From contig OZ219801.1 of assembly GCA_964291655.2 (NCBI GenBank), positions 160,001-224,000 of the forward strand: 64,000 nucleotides of DNA, given 5' to 3'. The DNA comes from Chloroflexota bacterium. Its GTDB lineage: Bacteria; Chloroflexota; UBA11872; VXOZ01. Made by a program: the position numbers and the translations under genes. Of the stretch, positions 59,234-64,000 are shown piece after piece (position 1 is the first letter of the stretch; every line of letters starts with the position of its first letter). Under the pieces are notes generated by a model. The model had not been told where the DNA came from. It made no database searches and was given only the letters and a program-made list of their open reading frames with translations.

Positions 59234-59677
59234 TCACTGGCAAATCCCGGGCAAGGCTGAGTCACCCGCTTCCTGCTGTGCCGCAAAGTAGGATTCGAGG
59301 ATTACTGCGGCTGCAGCGGCATCGAGCGGAGATTTGCGGCGGGCTGCGGTGGGACTAGCTTCCAGCCGCTCCTCTGCAATGACTGTCGAGAATCGCTCAT
59401 CCCAAAAGACTATCGACATGCCAAGCGCCTGCCCGAAGCGCTCACCTTCTTTCTTTACGCGTTCTCCCTGGTAGTGCAGGGCCCCATCCAGACTAATCGG
59501 CAGGCCTACCACCAGCGTGTCTGCCTGTTGCTCGTTGAACAGTCGTCGCACCGCAGCACTATCTTGATGCCACGAGCGCCGCTGAATTGTCGTCAGTGGC
59601 GTTGCGATACCAACGCGCGAGTCCCCGCAGGCCACGCCGATACGCCGCTCACCAATGTCGAGACAAAGTATCCGCAT
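59234..59677 (-). CDS. ruvX: RuvX/YqgF family nuclease
   Basis: LDIGERRIGVA, VVGLP, WDERFST, DAAAAAVIL. Confidence 0.95.
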   Translation of the reverse strand: MRILCLDIGERRIGVACGDSRVGIATPLTTIQRRSWHQDSAAVRRLFNEQQADTLVVGLPISLDGALHYQGERVKKEGERFGQALGMSIVFWDERFSTVIAEERLEASPTAARRKSPLDAAAAAVILESYFAAQQEAGDSALPGICQ

Positions 59678-59695
59678 AGTTAATGACCAAACGTA

Positions 59696-61321
59696 TCAGG
59701 CAGCCAGTCGGATTGGCTCCCTCACTTCTATGTCGATTCGAAACCACAGCCGCGGCATGCGATCGTACCAGTCCGGCCCCATTTCGAGCACAAAGTCACC
59801 GACTCCCGTCAAATTGCCCAAGTAGCTTTCAGCTTCCTCAAGCGTCTTGTTCGCCAAATCTCGCCGGATCCTGCCATGGTCCCATGCAGACAATATATCT
59901 CCCTGAGCTTCCAAAGTAAGCTGAATGACACCATCAGTAATGCTATTCACATGTGGTTTGCCCAAGACAACGGTATCGGAAACCAGCACATGTGCTTCAA
60001 ATTGATTCTCCACGATTCGTGCCAGAATGATTGGTGCTACTTCTTCCAGGTATATGTTTGAAAAAGCGGTGCCGCGCAGCTTTACTCTCATACGCAACGT
60101 CACTTGGTCGCTCTCTTCACCTACTGTTCTATCATAGTTCGCTTCGTCAACGATGACGTCATCATCCCAGGGCACGAAACTGCTTTCGACGGGGTTAACA
60201 ACCCCACCCAGTTGCTGCCAAACTCGCTGCATGAGGAGATGGCGAAGTTGCTCGAAAAGCTGCAGCCGGTCCTGTTCTGTTACAAAGGTGACAACACGCT
60301 CCCCGCCACCCTGTATTGGAAAATCGTTATTGACAATTAAGCGCTGGTTGAGTGACTGGTCCTCTATGTGCGTAATCACGCTGGGCCCCACGTTGCCGCT
60401 TGGACCAGGCTCCTCAGCGACGACCGCCACCCGTCGCCCCACTAACTCACTGCTCGTGCCGGAAGTAGGCGGGACATTGACCTCCGCCGCAGTCACATAC
60501 CGCCGGTTCTCATTGGTGAGTACTATTGTCCCCTTTGGAACAACAACTGGCTGCGAAATCCGATTGCGGAAAACGACAGAGCCCTCTGCCCGTCCGGTCG
60601 GCTCGTTTCTCTTCCCCGTAGCGGGTACTGTCATCTCATCCGTCTCTTCGATGACCACCAATTGCGCAGGCACCTGACCGGTTGCAGCGTTTAGGCGGCT
60701 TACCTGTGGATCTGCCATCAACTGCAGCACCGTGCTATAGCGTTGCTGCACAGGTGTCAGTTCAATCGCGGCGCTAGGAAGCACCAAATAAAACGCCCCC
60801 CACACAATGAACAACAGCACCGAAACTACTGTGGCCAATGCAAGAATGCTGGAGAACGATCGTTCTATGGAGAGAGACCCTCTGCCTCCCCGCTTGTTTG
60901 ACCGACCCGTCGCAACCCTGGCAGCCTGATTGGCTCGAATAGTGTTTTCGGCAACGTCGGACGCCTCAGCGCGAGTTCTAGCGATCTTGCTTGAAGCACT
61001 ACCGGCGATTGCAGGTTCCAGGGCACGATCCGGGTGCTCAGGCGCGTGCAGCGCTCCCAAAGAGTTGACCACCTTGATGCCCAAGCCACTTGCGGAATCG
61101 CGAACGCCACGATCGCCACACACCAGCGTAAGGTCAAGCTCCAGGTCAGTTGCTTTGCGCTGCAGGAACTCCAGGTTCTCCCTGTCATGCAGTGCCGGGC
61201 AATTGTTTCCGACCAGCACGACTGAAGAGCCGCGCTTGCGCTGGAGCTTAACGAGAACTGCCGCGATATCGTCGCCGTGGCTGGCATAGACGATCCGGCT
61301 ACTTGGAATAGAGCTTGCCAT
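59696..61321 (-). CDS. Membrane-anchored protein with baseplate J/gp47-like extracytoplasmic domain
   Basis: Cytoplasmic N-domain, single TM ending LPSA, then ATG..AEGSVVFRN, VPKGT, VAVVAEEPGPSGNV, IQGG; the family call is from memory of motifs. Confidence 0.7.
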   Translation of the reverse strand: MASSIPSSRIVYASHGDDIAAVLVKLQRKRGSSVVLVGNNCPALHDRENLEFLQRKATDLELDLTLVCGDRGVRDSASGLGIKVVNSLGALHAPEHPDRALEPAIAGSASSKIARTRAEASDVAENTIRANQAARVATGRSNKRGGRGSLSIERSFSSILALATVVSVLLFIVWGAFYLVLPSAAIELTPVQQRYSTVLQLMADPQVSRLNAATGQVPAQLVVIEETDEMTVPATGKRNEPTGRAEGSVVFRNRISQPVVVPKGTIVLTNENRRYVTAAEVNVPPTSGTSSELVGRRVAVVAEEPGPSGNVGPSVITHIEDQSLNQRLIVNNDFPIQGGGERVVTFVTEQDRLQLFEQLRHLLMQRVWQQLGGVVNPVESSFVPWDDDVIVDEANYDRTVGEESDQVTLRMRVKLRGTAFSNIYLEEVAPIILARIVENQFEAHVLVSDTVVLGKPHVNSITDGVIQLTLEAQGDILSAWDHGRIRRDLANKTLEEAESYLGNLTGVGDFVLEMGPDWYDRMPRLWFRIDIEVREPIRLAA

Positions 61322-61493
61322 AGCCTACAGCGGGCGTTACATGGAAGAGAGTAGCCACTACTCGGAGGATTCCTACTTGGTTCACACTAATACTATACCC
61401 GAACCTGTTGCAACGGTGTTACACAAGATTTGCACCGGCAGCAGGTGAGGATGCAGACCAAGCAAGGATTCCCCCGAGAGGCAATGCCTAAAC

Positions 61494-61522
61494 TTGACAG
61501 TGTGACAGTACTTAACTATAAT
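61494..61522 (+). promoter_or_regulatory. Consensus sigma70 promoter
   Basis: TTGACA-17 nt-TATAAT, about 57 nt before the start codon. Confidence 0.85.
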
Positions 61523-61579
61523 CGCTAGCGGATTAGGACACTCTGAATTTGGGGCACCGCCCCGTACCGAGGAGGCTCT

Positions 61580-62986
61580 TTGATGGAATCATCGAACACC
61601 CCTAGTGGACTAAGCAGACGGCGGCTGCTGGCCGGCTTGGGACTTGGCACCGCTGGCGCCTTCGTGATTGCGGCCTGCGGCGGCACGGCTGCACCTGCAA
61701 TGGAAGAACAAGCCGAGGAAGCGGAAGCTCCCAAGGCCGAAGAAGAAGCGAAGATGGCCGAGGAAGCCCCTCCCGTGCAGTTCCTGCACTGGTGGATTTC
61801 CCGCATTGACCCAGGCGGACTGGTACCGTGGGCCTTGGAAGAGTTTACGAACCGCACCGGCATTCCGGTGGAGGACGTGGGCCGGGATCCCATTGAGCCT
61901 GTACGCCAGCACTTCCGCACGACCATTGCGGCCGGTACGCCGGTGGACGTGGCCTTCAATTCCATCATTTGGGCCCGCGATCACTGGGACCTGGGCTTGC
62001 TGATGGACTACGGGCCATATCTAACTCAGTACCCACATATTCAGGACGACCAGTACTTCGAGGCTTCCCACCAGTTCCGCAAGGCTGAGGGTGCGACCTT
62101 TGGTATTCCCGTGATGGGGCCGGAGTCGCAGTCTATCGTCGTCAACGGCCAGTTGCTGATTGACATCGGCATGGACGAGAATGGCGGCGATATCAACAAT
62201 TGGGATGACTTGTTGACGGCCGCACGCGCCATGACGAAGCGCGAAGGTAACCAGGTCGCAGTTTCCGGCTTCCTGTTGCCGAATAACGTGGCGCTCGCCC
62301 GCTGGGCGGCGTGGGTGCTCACCACAGGTACCGGCGCGTATGATGCTGAGCAATTCACGGCTCAATACAACACAGAACAGGCGCGCGACACGCTCCAGTT
62401 CCTGCACGACCTTTGGAACCGTGAGGATGTCAGCGCAAAGACGCCCGAGGGCGATAGCGTGCCGGACCACTACAAGCTGCTGCAGGCAAACCAGGCCGGC
62501 ATGCACTATGACATTAGCTCGACCCCCACGCTGCGCTACTTTGATGTTCCTCGCGACTTCAAGTATTGGCAGATTGGGTATCCCGGACATTCTGATGGCG
62601 GTCAGTTTGCCACAGCGTCCTGGATGAATCCGGTCGTTACGCCACTAGGCGCAGGCAATCCGGACGGAGCGGTTGAGTTCATCAATTGGTTCTGCGGACT
62701 TGAAGTGGCCTTGCATAAGATCGAAGTCAATAAGGCCGTCTCCCCGCGCCTCGATCTCTTTGCCCATGAAGCGTGGACCGCTGGCGTTGCAGACCTTCCC
62801 GTGCTCCAGACACGCGAAGATCTTGCTAAGCTGCCGGGCGTTTACCCGTTCCGCCGCTTCCTGAAGCAAAACAGCGAAGTGCGGCCTATTCTCGAGGCTG
62901 CGTATCGCGGCGAGTTGGAAGTTGCTTCAGCACTTGCTCAAGCGGACGAGTTGGCCAACCAGATCCTCAACGAGCCAGCGGAGTAA
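61580..62986 (+). CDS. Extracellular solute-binding protein (carbohydrate ABC type), Tat lipoprotein
   Basis: SRRRLL, IAAC lipobox, Glu/Ala linker, AAGTPVDV, FGIP, NWDDLL. Confidence 0.88.
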   Translation: MMESSNTPSGLSRRRLLAGLGLGTAGAFVIAACGGTAAPAMEEQAEEAEAPKAEEEAKMAEEAPPVQFLHWWISRIDPGGLVPWALEEFTNRTGIPVEDVGRDPIEPVRQHFRTTIAAGTPVDVAFNSIIWARDHWDLGLLMDYGPYLTQYPHIQDDQYFEASHQFRKAEGATFGIPVMGPESQSIVVNGQLLIDIGMDENGGDINNWDDLLTAARAMTKREGNQVAVSGFLLPNNVALARWAAWVLTTGTGAYDAEQFTAQYNTEQARDTLQFLHDLWNREDVSAKTPEGDSVPDHYKLLQANQAGMHYDISSTPTLRYFDVPRDFKYWQIGYPGHSDGGQFATASWMNPVVTPLGAGNPDGAVEFINWFCGLEVALHKIEVNKAVSPRLDLFAHEAWTAGVADLPVLQTREDLAKLPGVYPFRRFLKQNSEVRPILEAAYRGELEVASALAQADELANQILNEPAE

Positions 62987-63022
62987 GCACTGCTTATGCT
63001 GCTAATGCATAGTTGAAGATTG

Positions 63023-63059
63023 AAAGGGGGCGCACAATTGTGCGCCCCCTTTGTTGTTT
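63023..63059 (+). terminator. Intrinsic terminator
   Basis: Perfect palindrome AAAGGGGGCGCACAATTGTGCGCCCCCTTT followed by a T-rich tail. Confidence 0.88.
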
Positions 63060-63237
63060 GGTGTGATCGCACCTGTCGCTGTTAGCTGATCGGCACAACC
63101 CATGCAAGGTTCTGTTCAATTGGTCCATCCATATATACTCTTTGCCTCCGATGCAACAGCGAACTTACTCACGGAGGCTTGCCACAGCTTTCGGGGTTGC
63201 TACTTTCTAGAACAGAGGCTCCATGCAACTTCCACAC

Positions 63238-63266
63238 TTGACAGTACACAATCAAATTCGTAGCAT
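63238..63266 (+). promoter_or_regulatory. Putative sigma70 promoter of the second SBP
   Basis: TTGACA-17 nt-TAGCAT; shares ACTTGACAGT with the 61494 promoter. Confidence 0.7.
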
Positions 63267-63321
63267 CTACTTAGTGTAACTAGAAGCCGTATACGTACGG
63301 CACCTGAATGGGAGGGTTGCC

Positions 63322-64000
63322 ATGGAGTCTTTGGATGAACGCAAAGGACTTAGCAGGCGAAACCTGCTCGCCGGCATAGGTCTTGGCACCGCAGGTGCTC
63401 TGCTCGCCGCGGCCTGCGGCGGCACGGCTGCCCCGGCAATGGAAGAACAAGCCGAGGAAGCCGAGGCTCCCAAGGCCGAGGAGGAGATGAAGCAGGCGGA
63501 GGAAGCCACACCGGTCCAGTTCCTGCACTGGTGGATTCCGCGCATCGACCAGAATGGTTTTACGCCTTGGGCCTTGGAAGAATTCACAAATCGCACCGGC
63601 ATTCCGGTGGAGGACGTGGGCAGGGATCCGATCGAGCCTGTGCGCCAGCACTTTCGCACTACAATCGCGGCTGGTACGCCGGTGGACGTGTCTTTCAATT
63701 CCATAATCTGGGCCCGTGACCATTGGGACCTGGGCATCTTGATGGACTACACGCCGTACCTGACGCAGTACCCAGAACTGCAGGACGATAAGTTCTTCGA
63801 AGCTTCACACCAGTTCCGTCAGGCTGAAGGCGCGACGTTCGGCATTCCCGTCATGGGGCCAGAGTCGACCTCGATTGTCGTCAACGGCCAGTTGCTCTTA
63901 GACGCCGGTCTTGACGAGAATGGTGGGGACATCAACAACTGGGCCGACTTGGTTTCTGCCGCCCGTGCCATGACCAAGAAGGAAGGCAACGATGTCTCTG
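63322..64000 (+). CDS. Solute-binding protein, tandem paralog of 61580..62986, runs off the window
   Basis: Not in the ORF track. MESLDERKGLSRRNLLAGIGLGTAGALLAAACGGTAAPAMEEQAEE... aligns closely with the upstream gene. Confidence 0.92.
   Translation, partial: MESLDERKGLSRRNLLAGIGLGTAGALLAAACGGTAAPAMEEQAEEAEAPKAEEEMKQAEEATPVQFLHWWIPRIDQNGFTPWALEEFTNRTGIPVEDVGRDPIEPVRQHFRTTIAAGTPVDVSFNSIIWARDHWDLGILMDYTPYLTQYPELQDDKFFEASHQFRQAEGATFGIPVMGPESTSIVVNGQLLLDAGLDENGGDINNWADLVSAARAMTKKEGNDVS

Noticed and set aside
59696-61321. Prophage or contractile injection system
   Set aside because: A single baseplate-like gene with a TM among housekeeping genes; no other structural genes.

Overview
Bacterial chromosomal window, GC-rich, about 45 protein genes and 3 tRNAs (Val-GAC, Phe-GAA, Val-TAC). 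By inference it comes from a Chloroflexota genome: Tat-lipoprotein solute-binding proteins without permeases, two PhyH-type dioxygenases, and a baseplate-J-like gene beside ruvX-mltG. Housekeeping genes (nfeD, accD-accA, purC, gltB, rpe, pheA, ferredoxin, mltG, ruvX) are interleaved with catabolic genes and an accessory stretch (about 10.6-26.2 kb) that ends at the 3' end of tRNA-Val. The best-supported hidden feature is a thioredoxin-fold/TPR gene at 27839-28702 that the ORF track truncates: it has an in-frame TGA in the redox motif (WASW-U-GC-R) followed at once by a SECIS-like hairpin, so it is a probable selenoprotein. Other highlights: a stand-alone PLD-nuclease/P-loop ATPase fusion, an AT-rich orphan with an RNGVAH (HEPN-like) motif, an MMPL transporter fused to LysM, an HD-GYP protein with HD changed to RD, a putative attenuator in the gltB leader, two decaying genes, and several families of REP-like palindromes. 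No CRISPR array, rRNA, integrase or transposase was seen. All family calls come from motif recognition; no database search was run.
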